A stretch of DNA of 64,000 bases from the NCBI GenBank assembly GCA_030390025.1, contig CM059426.1, positions 5,642,001 to 5,706,000 of the forward strand, written 5' to 3'. Below, piece after piece: positions 63,328-64,000 of this stretch. The position numbers were made by a program, and so were the translations under genes. The stretch's first letter is position 1; each line of letters starts with the position of its first letter. A model generated the notes under the pieces. It saw only the letters and a list, made by a program, of their open reading frames with translations. It was not told the origin of the DNA and ran no database searches. This stretch comes from Squalus acanthias (taxonomy: Eukaryota).

Positions 63328-64000
63328 GTTCACAGCATCAGTTTCCACATGTACACTGACGACACCCAGCTCTACCTCACCACCACTTCCCTCGACCCCT
63401 CCACGGCTTCTAAGTTGTCAGACTGCTTGTCCAATATCTAGTTCTGGATGAGCAGAAATTTTCTCCAATTAAATATTGGGAAGACCGAAGCCATTGTTTT
63501 CAGTCTTCTCCACAAACTCCGTTCCCTAAACACTGACTCCATCCCTCTCCCTAACATTTGTCTGAGGCTGAACCACACTGTTCGCAACCTTGGTGCCATA
63601 TTTGACCCGGAAATCAGCTTCTGACCACATATCCGCGGCATAACTAAGACCGCCTATTTCCACCTCCGTAACATTGCCCATCTCCGCCCTTGCCTCAGCT
63701 TATCCGCTGTTGAAACCCTCATCCATGCCTTTGTTACCTCTAGACTTGACTAGTCCAACGCACTCCTGGCTGGCCTCCCACATTCTACCCTACATAAACT
63801 TGAGGTCATCCAAAATTCGGCTGCCCGTGTCCTAAGTCGCACCAAGTCCCGTTCGCCCATCGCCCCTGTGCTCGCTGACCTACATTGGCTCCTGGTTAAG
63901 CAACACCTCGATTTCAAAATTCTCATCCTTGTTTTCAAATCCCTCCATGGCCTCGCCCCTCCCTATCTCTGTAATCTCCTCCAGCCCCACAACCCTCAGA
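63328..64000 (+). mobile_element. L2 LINE RT fragment, running off the window end
   Basis: + strand reads SFHMYTDDTQLYL...WMSRNFLQLNIGKTEAIVF...VRNLGAIFD...[11 protein letters not shown]. Confidence 0.92.

Overview
Vertebrate genomic DNA, almost certainly a shark or ray, judging by the HE1/V-SINE, Deu-domain SINE and CR1 repeat families. The window holds the whole coding region of ARK2N (C18orf25/ARKL1, the paralogue of the Arkadia/RNF111 N-terminal half) on the + strand. Four phase-compatible coding exons (1818-2559, 46180-46356, 50900-51026, 55437-55635) give a 414-aa protein, followed by a 3' UTR that may run about 7 kb. The promoter and first exon are not evident. The main finding is an intact, phase-matched candidate alternative terminal exon inside the 43.6-kb intron (27751-28214). 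It would swap the SIM-bearing C-terminus for a predicted amphipathic helix and a low-complexity tail (401-aa isoform), and it has its own poly(A) signal. The rest is intron and UTR with nested transposons. These include a decayed two-gene Harbinger element, Harbinger- and Tigger-like MITEs, CR1 and L2 LINEs, several SINE families, minisatellites and perfect palindromes. Two Penelope-like families form inverted-repeat insertions that carry minimal hammerhead-ribozyme motifs. All identifications are by eye and from recalled family features; no searches were run, and boundaries of degenerate repeats are approximate.
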